NCBI GenBank assembly: GCA_047495785.1
Contig: JBLDXI010000029.1
Coordinates: forward strand, 3,162,001 to 3,226,000
Direction of reading: 5' to 3'
Length of the DNA: 64,000 nucleotides
Source of the DNA: Lepidodermella squamata
Lineage: Eukaryota; Animalia; Gastrotricha
The notes beneath the pieces are model-generated. The model was given only the letters and a program-made list of their open reading frames with translations, was not told the DNA's origin and made no database searches. The position numbers and the translations under genes were made by a program. Below are positions 53,478-64,000 of this stretch, piece by piece (position 1 is the first letter of the stretch; every line of letters begins with the position of its first letter).

Positions 53478-54998
53478 CGGTAAAATTCCGAAAATTACCC
53501 AACGAGTTACCGGGTTTCCCGGGTTTTCTCTGGTAAATTTTTATTTCTTCGCTTAAATCGCGCATAAAAGATGGAATATCATGTTCTCAGAATATTTAAT
53601 AAGAATAGCAGTCACATAAAAGAATGCTTTGGCCCAGCAAAGTCCGACTCAGCTCCATATAGGAAGTGTTTCACTGCTACATTCACTTGGCGTTATAGTT
53701 TTTTTAATAGTCAATGGGGCGCACTTTGGCCATGGCTATGTCAAAACCAGAACTTGCAAATCGAGCTACCTCTGCTTCAGCCTCGCGCGCCGCATCGCCG
53801 TTGATTTGCTCTGCCGATACAGCCAATAAAACAGCCTGTAAAATGAAATGAATGGTATCATGACAATTGATGTCAGCCTGCAGGCGTGAAACTAACCATC
53901 ACAACCAAAGTGAGAATAAGAATGAATTTGTTCATGTTAGCGCTATAAAGTCAAACGAAAAGTGAAAATTTGCCGCTCGACCTTTTGCGCCTTTATTCAT
54001 TCGCTAAACTTCGCCAACTGTTCAAACTCGAGTTTTGGGAATACCGATGCGAGTTAAAGACGGAGGCGAGGTGACATCGCTAGAATATTATGAAAAATTT
54101 AGCGGCTTGTTTACACATGAAGCCGGCGAAATAATAAAATGCCATGTTACTGGCTTGCCAACAAATGCAAAATGAAAAATGCTATTCCGGCATGTGCGTT
54201 ACATATGTCGTTACATATGGGTCAAATCATGATAATCATTTCGAGAAAAAAAAATATCCAACTTGAAATTTGACGGAAATGATTGAGAACAAAAGAACGA
54301 GTCGGAAAACTCACGCTGGAAACTTGAGAAATTAATTCGAAGCAATTTTCTTTAAGCAGGATCTTTTCACAAAATGCGCGTTGTTAAACCAACCAATTTT
54401 CTGAAAAAAATTTCTCCGTCTGAACTACTTCGAATCGGACTGTCCGGGTCTCAAAATTGCAAAGGTTTGGGCCGATGTGCGCATAGCCATAAACAACACT
54501 GTAACAGATAGGAAGCAAGCGATCTTTCTATAATAGTGAATTTATTCCAGCTATTATTGCATAAGCGCGGCACGCGACCTATTTTTTGATCACCCAACGC
54601 CCATTATTAATTTTTTTTCTAAAATCGACAGACCAAAAATACTCCCTTTTCAAATTTTTGAGCTTCGGCAGGTAAATACTAGATTTCGTGGTCTATCAAA
54701 TGAGCCCAGGTAGATCTTGAAGGCTCGCATGGTTAATATTCAAGAATTTCTTTAAAACAGCTGTTTTGGGAGATTTTCGGCCATTTTTCTGCAGCGGTTG
54801 GCTCTCATCCGGTAATTCTTTGAAAATTCTATGAAAATCATTTTGTAGGAAATTCAACTAATTTTTTTAAAATTAAACCTGCTATGGGAGCATATTCCAT
54901 CTTTTATCCGCGATTTAACCGAAGAAATAAAAAATTTAACGTAGCAAACCCGAAAAACACCGATTGTAACTAGTTCGGTATTTTCGGAATTTTACCCG
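53478..54998. repeat. Inverted pair of a ~110-bp dispersed repeat (53478-53585 / 54887-54998); other copies near 53235, 61813 and 62170
   Basis: GGTAAAATTCCGAAAA...TTTATTTCTTCG.TTAAATCGCG.ATAAAAGATGGAATAT occurs in both orientations. Confidence 0.7.
53704..53935 (-). CDS. 56-aa secreted prepropeptide (exons 53935-53897, 53835-53704), not in the ORF track
   Basis: A 61-nt GT-AG intron joins MNKFILILTLVVM to AVLLAVSAEQINGDAAREAEAEVARFASSGFDIAMAKVRPIDY*. Confidence 0.7.
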
Positions 54999-55006
54999 AT
55001 TTGACC

Positions 55007-55721
55007 AAAGGAGGAGGGCCAGTAAGTGGCAAAATCAGCCTATAAATAAAAATAAGTGAAACTAATTTTCAATGAAATATAGCAGTCTGAAGCTTCAGAA
55101 TTAGTGGTCAGAGATGTGACAGGGCACTTTGGAGCAGGTGTGAAAATTACCTGAAAGTGTGCCTAAGCGCAAAACGCCATTTTCAACTAAAACCTGTCAA
55201 CTTTGCGGCTGGAATTTAATGTCAAGAAATCCTTGAACCTACAAGATTTTTACATCAAACGACGCGAAATTTAGCAAGGAATCTAAATCAGTCAAGAAAA
55301 TGTAAGTTCGGCGACGGCAAAGTATTAAAAATTGAAAAAACCGATCGCGGTGTTTCCTATAAAAAATTCCTATTTTCGCTAGTTTTTCACCTACTTTTTT
55401 AATTCAAAATTATTATTCAAATTAATACCAAATATTAATACTGATATTTTATTTGAAATTTTTGTCGCAGGAAATCGCGTTTTAAACTTTGAGGGGTTTT
55501 GAATTTCGCGCGGTTACATGTGACCAGAGATGTTTGTACGCGTTCTTGTGAACAACGCCAAATAGTATCAACTTCTCAGAATTTTCAAGCGCCACCTGAG
55601 CATCCTGTCGCTCTCGGACTTTTTTCGATCAGTCATTTTCATTAATCAGTAATTACTAAAATTAGTTTCAGTTCTTTTACACCTTTGGCGGATTTTACCT
55701 GCCGACCAGCCCTCCTCCTTT
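55007..55721. mobile_element. Degenerate MITE-like element
   Basis: AAAGGAGGAGGGC...GCCCTCCTCCTTT termini plus inner GAAACTAATTT/AAATTAGTTTC. Confidence 0.5.
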
Positions 55722-56230
55722 TTTTGAATCCCATCAACAAGTGACATACTTGATTACGATTCCCATGAAATTCTGCATTTTCTCTAACATTTTTCTGGCC
55801 ATGAGAAGTGACTTCGTTTCGCATCTCAGGGTTTATGAACCATTTACCGTGTATTTTCTCTGATTGGGACAATTAATTTCTTGTGTGAGAAATCACTGAT
55901 TATCGGTAATCAATTATCGATTTTCCATTATCGAAACAAGCTAAATTTATTATTTAACCACCTTGAGATGCGCCATGTTTCAAATTATATTTATAGTGGC
56001 TTGGCTTATTTTTCAAGAACACGGTTTTTAAGGGAAAAAATTCAGTGAAGTGCCAGGTAATATCTCTTTAACAACAAAAAAGTTTTTCACGTTACGGAAA
56101 TGTTTCTTATCTCTACGAAATTCGCGATAAAGAACAACAGCACTTCCTTATCAGAACACTGAAAACTAGAGCCTCAGTTCATCGGCATTCTCTCAGTTTC
56201 TTCAATATATTTGAATCATCAGGAAAAATT

Positions 56231-56917
56231 ATGCTGAAAATCTTTATTTCATTCATTTTCCTCTCAATTTTTATTGAAATTTCTGCTGCATGGCTAACGC
56301 CAAGTAATGGTGAAAATGGTGAAGATGAGGACGATTTTTTCGGACGAACAATCGACCCTTATGATGCTTACCGGAATTACCCGGCGGAATTCCGCAATAA
56401 AAACCTGCCAACCCTGGTTCAAAGTTTAAACACGAACGAGGAGGCTAGTTTTCAATTCAAACGAATTTACACCGTGCCAGTCTTGCTGTTAATCGCCCTA
56501 TTTGCTGGGCTATTAAAATATTTCCTGCGTATGGTCACAAATTCGGATAGAAGGTCATCGTCTAGCGGCAATGGTAATAATGCCAGCCTGCGTTTTGGCG
56601 ACCCAGACGCGCGCGAGAGGCTGATTTATAACGATGACCCAGTTTTCGACCGGCGTCAGCTTTTATTTGGCCATTTAGACGAAGCTCCGCCCCATTTTTC
56701 AACACTCGATTTCTCGAATGAATCATCATCGCAACGTGGTGAAAATAATGCAGCCAGTCCGTCGAGGAGTCTTCCCGTTTCTGGGCTAAATTCAATTCCA
56801 GAACACATTTTAGACAAACCGCCGACCTATGACGAGGCTTTGCAGCAGATTTTGCCGCCATCACCCACAACTCCGCCTGGCAATAATAACAATCAGCAGC
56901 TTATTAGTGATCAATGA
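56231..56917 (+). CDS. Type I membrane protein with PPTY motif
   Basis: Signal peptide, TM VPVLLLIALFAGLL, cytoplasmic APPHF and KPPTYDEAL. Confidence 0.75.
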   Translation: MLKIFISFIFLSIFIEISAAWLTPSNGENGEDEDDFFGRTIDPYDAYRNYPAEFRNKNLPTLVQSLNTNEEASFQFKRIYTVPVLLLIALFAGLLKYFLRMVTNSDRRSSSSGNGNNASLRFGDPDARERLIYNDDPVFDRRQLLFGHLDEAPPHFSTLDFSNESSSQRGENNAASPSRSLPVSGLNSIPEHILDKPPTYDEALQQILPPSPTTPPGNNNNQQLISDQ

Positions 56918-57459
56918 TCGAAGCACTCGTTTAAAAAAAATCAATAATTTAACAGTATTTTTCATGATGGAAATAAAATATGGTCACATTTTTGAGACAA
57001 TTTTTTAATTAATTTTTGAGGATTCGGCGGAAATTTTGGGACATCGGGCTGAACTGAATGATGAAGCAATGATTTTTATAATATTTCGATTCATTTCAGT
57101 TGAATTATGGAAGAAGCTTGAATTACCGGCGATTTTATCGAAAAAATTGTCAGATAAATCGGATTATTTTTTTTTAGCTTCAAATCGTTGTTGTTGTGGC
57201 CGTCAGCTGATCTTTTAGCACGCGACTAAAAAAAGCGAGTAGGCTTTGATGAATGAACAAAAAAATCGCACGATTCATTCCTGCTTTTTTTCGTTCGTTT
57301 GAACAACATTATCGATCTTATCAATTTCTTATCAATGCGAATTCTCTAGGTAAGAAATTTTGTTCAGTCGAATGATCGAGTTTGAAAGGCTAGAAGCTAA
57401 TCATGAAATAGCATTGAATCTTTTTGAACCTTTCTTTAAGCTGGTTCTTTTTGTTAGGA

Positions 57460-58701
57460 ATGGCACCATTTTACGAAATTCTACTAGTAATTTCACTGTT
57501 TATTGCCTCAAGTGCTTCGAAATCAGGAAAAGTTACCGTTTACTACAAAGCTTTTATGAGATCCAAATTCTGTGAAGCGGATTCTTCAACGCTGGAAATC
57601 TACGCCAGCTTGGAAAAAGCAGTTCATTGGCACGACGAAACACCTACCTGGGACATGACAGTTTGCACGGAATCAATCGACGGCAAATCGAGGATTGACC
57701 TCAAGTGCTCAATTCCTGGCTGTAACGTGACTTCACCTCTGGCTTCAGACCTCGAAGAAGAGCAGCGTTTCTTGGACAAAAATTGCCCTCGAAATGGCCC
57801 GATTTACTTCGGAGATTTCATGAAGGAATTCCAGTTGAAATCTGATAAAGTCTTTTCCAAAATCTTCTACGAAAGGAGTGGTCAACAAAGCTTGATTATG
57901 CTACGCAACCAGAGCTTGGAATGGGTTGGTTTGCTTGTCGAAGATGATCCTGGCTTCGCGCATTGCTACGGCGAGGAGACCTTTGAAGTGTTCGAAGATC
58001 GGAAGCTATTACCTTTGGCTAAGATGGAGCAAAAAGATCCTGATGATTATTCATCGGTGGTTTACTTCATCATGCGTATGCTAGACACATTCGAAGATCT
58101 GTATTGTGAGTTTTTGACCTAGTTTCAGACAATCGATTATCCTTGCCATTTTTCAGCTATCGATCGGCATGAAATCAACGTGAAGTTGGCACAGGATTCC
58201 AAAGCTCGACACGACCTTCTGGTTATGATGGAATACTACTCCCCAGCTTCAATTGTTACGACCTTCGCTGTTCTGATTATTCTTCTCGCGGTGATCATCA
58301 CGATTCCTCTGAGCTGCATCGTGCTTTCAATCCTATTGCCATGCCAGGATCCGGATTGGCGAGCTTATTGCTGCTACTTCTTTTGTTGCAAAGAGACTCG
58401 TGCAACCGAAATCCGAACTGCTTCTCGAATGGTCGATACAGAAAATGGGCAAGAGATCAGATGTCTCAAGGTTGGATCTGAAAATGGAGGCAGTGGAAGA
58501 ATCAAATCTATCTACCCGGGAATTCCACGGCAGGAAATGGAACTTATCCAAGCCATTACCGCAAGTATCAATGCTCGTTTCTCGGCATCTAAAGCTGGAA
58601 AAGATTCCGATGGCTATGAACAAGCTAACATGGGACTGCCTAGTGCTCCTCCGATGGAAGTTGCCGATTCCTTATCGCCGTATGCAACTGCAAGGCTTTG
58701 A
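57460..58701 (+). CDS. Type I membrane protein with Cys-containing ectodomain, juxtamembrane Cys cluster and PSAPP (2 exons)
   Basis: Intron ~58106-58156 joins the two ORFs; HCYGE motif; paralogous to the next gene. Confidence 0.75.
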
Positions 58702-58858
58702 AACTTTTTTGATCTGAACCTTGTCTCAATGTTCGTAGATCAAGGGAATTCAAATGTCCCTTTCAGTATGAATCTTCCAATGATGAAAGATGAATACTGA
58801 TCAATTGCAAGTGATTGAATTTCAATTTTTATGCTTTGTTAGTTTCCTACTCCTTAAA

Positions 58859-60361
58859 ATGATTAATTTGATAACATTGTTCCTGATTTTGGGGGTGCTG
58901 GAGTCAATCTCGAGTGGCGAGATCAAAATCTACCTTCGAGGTTCTGCCTTGGCTGAAAGTTGCACCGGCAAGTTGGGGTTTTTCAGCATTTCCGCAAGCC
59001 AGAAAGATTCTGGTCGAAATTTGATTAAAATGCATAACGGCAATTTCAAGCAGCGAGTATCAATCTGCTCAGGTTATGTTGCTGAAAGCACTGGCGTAAA
59101 CTCCGAGCTTCGATGGGACGTGCCACCAATTTTGCTGAACTGCTCCCTTCCGAGTTGCCCGAATTACTTCAATTTTTCACCCCGAAAGTTGATGCCTCGA
59201 AAGTGCGACTTCCAAGGCCAGCGAGATATATCCGGCGATTTTTTCACTGAGAAATTTGGTTTTCACCATCTCATCTACCAAGTTGGCTCTGACGGATCGG
59301 GACATGCGTTTAAACTCGATATTTTTGAATATGCTGACCTTGCTGAATTTGAGGATCCTTTGTTTCAACATAGCAATGTGGTTCAATGTTACGGCGAACT
59401 GGTTCTCAAAACAACAGGTAGGCGGCTGCGTGGCCGTGTGGATAAAAAGACGACAATAAAGCTCATAAGCTCAGGCGTTGACTCGGACGAGGCGAAAATC
59501 AATGTGCGGAAAAATCGAGGCGAAGCTGAGACAACCATAGAGAACGTAGTGAGCTCATCTACGTTCTCTATGGTGAGAACTAATATTTCGATTTCCGAGC
59601 TCCCATGGCACATTCGAACCTCAAAAGTTATCCTTGATCGATTGGAGAAGTACTTCAGTGAGTTCTTTTTCCTTTTTACAAGAAAAGAAAAATTTAGAAA
59701 ATTAAGACGGATTTTTTAGCTTTAATTTTCCCGGGTTCGGTTTCACATTCCTTATTTTGTTTAATTGTTCGCAGCTGGTAAGGAGATCGAACCTGATTTA
59801 AGCTCATGGGGTTCGACTGCTATGAGCTACGGCGTAGAAGCTCACTTTGCTTTCGCAATGGGATGTCTCGTGGTGTTATGCGTTATCTTATGCCTTCCAA
59901 TTTGCTTTATGGCCTGTTGTTGCCCGCAACATCTCAAAACTCGACGCCGTTCTCGAAAAACTATGCGATCCATCCGAACTGGTGTGAGACTTGGCAAAAT
60001 GCTTGGCAGCTTGGTTGGCGGTGACGATTTCATGGATTCCGATGATGACGATAGTGACGACTCAGATTCCGGATCATCCGACAGCTCTTCATCTTCGGAA
60101 GAAGACGAGAACGTCGCTACGACTTCTTTTACGGTCCATTCTCGCGGGAAGAAGCGAAGAGGAAATAAGCGGTGGGGGGCTCATCATGGCTATCCATCTT
60201 ACAATCCAGCTGCGATGTACCCGCCTCATCCTCATCCTCAAGGTCCGATCTTTTCGACTATGGTCGCCCCGTCGGCTCCAATGGCACCGTTTACTACGCT
60301 GCCTCAGTATCAACATGATACTAGCTTTATCCAAGCTCCTTACCAGCCTGGTCCGATTTAA
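58859..60361 (+). CDS. Type I membrane protein, paralogue of the preceding gene (2 exons)
   Basis: QCYGE motif, same intron position, TM followed by CCC, acidic Ser tract and PSAP. Confidence 0.75.
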
Positions 60362-60467
60362 GACTTGGCAAGATGCCAAAACAATCCTAAATGAACTGTG
60401 ATCTGTGAACAAGAACTCCCACAATGCAATTATTTTCAATTTATTTTTGTCTTTAATTAGGATTATA

Positions 60468-61293
60468 TTATTTTGTTGATTGAATTATTGGTTCTGAACT
60501 GCGCTTTTGTGTTCTCGGTCTGGCCGATGATTGCTTGTAAGTTGGCATTTGCAGGAAATACTCGCGATGATACGTCGCAATATGGCCGTGCATCGCATGG
60601 AATTGCCTGTAGCCTTTGAAGCAAACCGGGCAGGCGAATTTATACAAATCGCTATGGATCAGTTCGTGGTTCTTCAAACTGAAATGAAAAAAAATCATTA
60701 AAATTTCAATTTTTTGTGAATATTTTTTTAATTAGGATTTTTTGGTTAAACACTCACCTGCACTTATAGAAGAACTTTTTATCGCAGGTACTGCAAGCGT
60801 AGATTCTCGACTTGCCATGTTCTTTGGCCACGTGTCGATTTCGAACAACTTCCTGCTTGAATTGAAGCCCGCAAACTTCACAGCCGAACAGCCGTTGCTC
60901 ATTGAAGTGAGTCCGGCGCATGTGAACCTCCATAGCCCAATCAGCTTTGAAAACCTTGGAGCAAAGCGGGCACGCCACATCATCGCTTGACATCACAATT
61001 TTCGGCTTGGGATTGACGGTTTGCGATGTTGAAGATTCTTCACTGACTGGCGGAGAAGTTGGATTCGGCGAGCTGGAGCTTGGCGCAGGGGAAAATTGTT
61101 CATAATTCGAACAGCCAGGCTGCTCTTGCAAGTACTGGAAATCTGGAGTTGGCAGCCTGCTTTCTTGGCTAATTGCAGGCTGGTACGCAGGATGGCCATG
61201 GAAGTGAACGGCATGGTCGTAGAGTTCGAAATTGCTGTCGAAAAACAGCCCACATTCGTTGCAGATAACCTCTCCGTAATATTGTGCTGCCAT
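60468..61293 (-). CDS. C2H2 zinc-finger protein (5 fingers, 2 exons)
   Basis: CNEC..H...H, CPLC, CEVC, CSTC (completed by splicing as CSLKNHELIH) and CPVC. Confidence 0.88.
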
Positions 61294-62630
61294 TATAAGC
61301 TAATGCAAGTTTAGTTAACTTTTATTCTCTTCTTCGGTCTAAACCTCACAGAATGAACGAAGCACATACTCATATACATACGAGGCTGGGGTGGATGAGA
61401 TTTATTTTTAAGTAATTAACAACTGTCATGCGTTTTTTTTGTTGCGTTAATAAACAACTGCCACGGCGAGTGGGCACCTTCACGCAGCGTCAAGCTATAC
61501 AGCCCGCGCCTATGTAATTTTCTTTCCAAAAAGTTGATCTATCTTCTCTGCCGCTTTTTGTATGCTTCATTTGATGTGTTTTCGCCATTTTTTGATATTT
61601 TTACTAAAAAAAACAGCACGTTACGCTGAGTGGTTTGCATCAACACAATGAGCAGTAGAATTCACCACGAATCACTGCGAAATTCTTTACCCCTAAATTT
61701 GGCAACCTAGGAAAAAGGAAAGTCCGAATTAAGAGGCGGCTGTTAGAAAATAAACAATAGGCTATGGAACTCTTCATTTGGAATAAAAAAACCCGAGAAG
61801 CTCTGTTAAACCGAGTAAAACCGAAAATTACCGAAAATCGGGTTTTCCCGGGTTTTTCAATTTCTTCGGCGAATTCGCGGTAAAATTCATTTCGCATGTC
61901 AGATTTTTTTTTTTTGGGGGGGGGGGGGGGGGGGTAAAAAAAACATAACTTGTCTGGAAAACTGAATGCTAATGCGGTGGCATTTTCCGGCTGAATTTGT
62001 AGACTCTCCTTAATCAAAATTATAAAAATCAATTGTTTCGAGCAGAGTTCCTTGTAGTGCTTAGCAGTTACGAAACTCAAGTTACAGTTGCCAAGTAGTT
62101 AGCTACAGATTGTCTTATTAGTAACGCAATCGTGGCTACTGAATTACCTATCGTCAGTACTTACATTGGAGAAAACAGAAAACCCGAAAAAACCCGATTT
62201 TCGGTTTCTACCCGGTTCCAGAGAAAAGCGAAGTACCGAAGTACCGAATTACCGCTAGGGATCGTAGGGATCATCCCTAGGAGTTCCATCGGTCCGCAAT
62301 GTGAACTCGGTCAAAGACCAAATGGGGACCCTTATATGTCGATTCGGCTTATCCTTGCCAGTTCTGCTGTCCTACTACGCTCTATGCCCGGTTCGATTAT
62401 TCCCGATCACAATCTCCAAACTTTCTGAGCTTTTTGATACATCTCTTCGGTATGGCCTGGTCTAAATGGAAAAACTCTAACGATATATTCCATAGAACTT
62501 TAATCATAAGGTGGCAAAATCGTATTTATTCATTTGGAAGAAATTAGCGAAGCCATGCTCGCAACATAGGAAGCTCTATTAATTGTCTAAACTAAGGAAG
62601 TCTTTCTTTTGCATCAATTTGATAGATTTA

Positions 62631-62981
62631 CTAATGTTCCTCAGGATGCCAGACGAACGATTTCGTCGGTTTCATCGTTGATCGAGACTTGTTAGCTTGC
62701 GACGGCATAGGTTTAAGATCGCTGAGTGCAATTGCAGCTCCCTCAGTTTCCGTTCCTTCGTCGATGAACTGGTGAACAGCAGCACGCGGGGCTTCGACAA
62801 CGCCGAGGGGTAGGATCTCGCGTTGATACACGTCGTTGATGATCTCGGACATGCCGGTGTAGAGCGCGCATAGACCGCATAAGACACCATCGGAGCCTGC
62901 GATGATCTTGACAACACGGGATGCTTCTTTTTCTTCACGATAAGCCAAAAAGTCTGCGACCGCAAGCAGGACAAACAGAAT
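62631..62981 (-). CDS. Last exon of a GPR1/FUN34/YaaH (SatP) family acetate transporter
   Basis: LLAVADF...IIAGSDGVLCGLCALYTGMSEIINDVYQREILPLG matches the C-terminal TM pair of the family; preceded by a TTTTCACAG acceptor. Confidence 0.7.
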   Translation of the reverse strand: MLFVLLAVADFLAYREEKEASRVVKIIAGSDGVLCGLCALYTGMSEIINDVYQREILPLGVVEAPRAAVHQFIDEGTETEGAAIALSDLKPMPSQANKSRSTMKPTKSFVWHPEEH

Positions 62982-63404
62982 CTGTGAAAACGAAAGCAAT
63001 TATTGAATTTTGAAATCGAACTGAGAAGAAGAACGAAACATAGAAATATGCTAAGAAGTGTCTCATAACAAACCGAAAAGTTAATTCCAGTAAAAATGGT
63101 ATTGCTCTGAAACGTTCTCATGGCCAAATTGTATTTGTCAACAATTCTAAGGGGTTCAGGGGATGCAGATCAAGATTTTGAATCCTGTTTGTCGCTATAG
63201 CTCTCGTCTTTAAGACCGTGCGGAAATAGGTTAAAATAGACCTATTCTCCCAGCTGAATTCAGCCGATAACCGATAAGTAACCTAAGTTCTGTATCCCAT
63301 ACTTTCAACCTTGAATTCTATGAAAGTTCCTGAACTATCCTAACTCCCAACCAACCAATATTAGAACCCTGAACCTAGGATTTTTTATTTTAGCTACAAG
63401 GTGT

Positions 63405-63810
63405 CCTAAGCTACGTAGAATAATTATCGATGCTGGGTTCCAAGACGGCTGATATCGGGAAAATCACTGATTGGTAAAATCGATACTTTGAATCGATATC
63501 GACTCTATAGGATGAAGTATAATTCGTAAACTGACCGCTCATAGCTCGGATTACCCGTAATATGACCGTCTATCGGTTTGGCAAGATAACAAAAAATGTG
63601 AGATTCTAGTGAAGACTAGAAGCTCGATGAATAAAAACCAGACCCGATTAGGAATTTTTTTCTGGTAGTCTATTTTTCGACCGATATTAATACCCACGCT
63701 GAACATTGGATTCTTCATTTTCACTTTATGTTGCCCTAAGCTATGTGGAAAAATTATCGACGATAGGTTCCAAGCCGTTTGATATCGGAATTGATACTTG
63801 GAATCGATAC
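63405..63810. repeat. Diverged direct repeat, two copies (~63405-63500 and ~63735-63810)
   Basis: CCTAAGCTAyGT.GAA.AATTATCGA...GGTTCCAAG...TGATATCGG...GAATCGATA. Confidence 0.6.
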
Positions 63811-64000
63811 GCGTTATGTTGCGATCGATCGGTTAGGCATGATAATACCAAAGTAATTGACAATTGACAAAATGACAAAATGAAACTCGAAGCTCCATAT
63901 TTGGGAGTTTCAGTGTCTCAAATTTAGACTTGGAACCCTGAGATCAGCTTTTTCAAGCCACGTAAATTCGAGATTTCTTGGTGAAAATATTCAAATAAGC

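Noticed and set aside
61905-61940. T-run/G-run and the 146-aa ORF spanning it
   Set aside because: Homopolymers within a dispersed repeat; not credible coding sequence.

Overview
Eukaryotic (invertebrate animal) genomic DNA with short AT-rich GT-AG introns; the host cannot be identified from sequence alone. Bases 1 to ~16.4 kb hold most of an endogenous Maverick/Polinton (adintovirus-like) element whose left end lies outside the window. Its core genes are intact: protein-primed PolB, retroviral-type integrase, packaging ATPase, minor and major capsid proteins, a pX-like core protein and an adenain-like protease. It also carries a VLTF3-like factor, a fibre-like protein and a cluster of Cys-rich micro-ORFs. 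Three features of the element stand out. (i) A TCTA motif lies 11-15 nt before the ATG of ten genes, resembling the CroV/mavirus late promoter. (ii) The protease has no usable ATG and sits in the -1 frame behind an A_AAA_AAC slippery site at the end of the core-protein gene. (iii) A parvovirus-type PLA2 domain is fused to the integrase through an adenain-type site. The rest is host DNA: an AMOP protein, a tandem family of intronless multi-pass membrane proteins, a GABA-B-like GPCR, a catalytic-domain-only prolyl-3-hydroxylase-like gene interrupted by an intact MULE transposon, PY/PSAP-motif membrane proteins, a 4-CTLD lectin, Cys-rich secreted proteins, a small secreted peptide, a C2H2 gene, the last exon of a GPR1/FUN34/YaaH gene and several MITEs. 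All family assignments come from motif recognition by eye; no searches were run.
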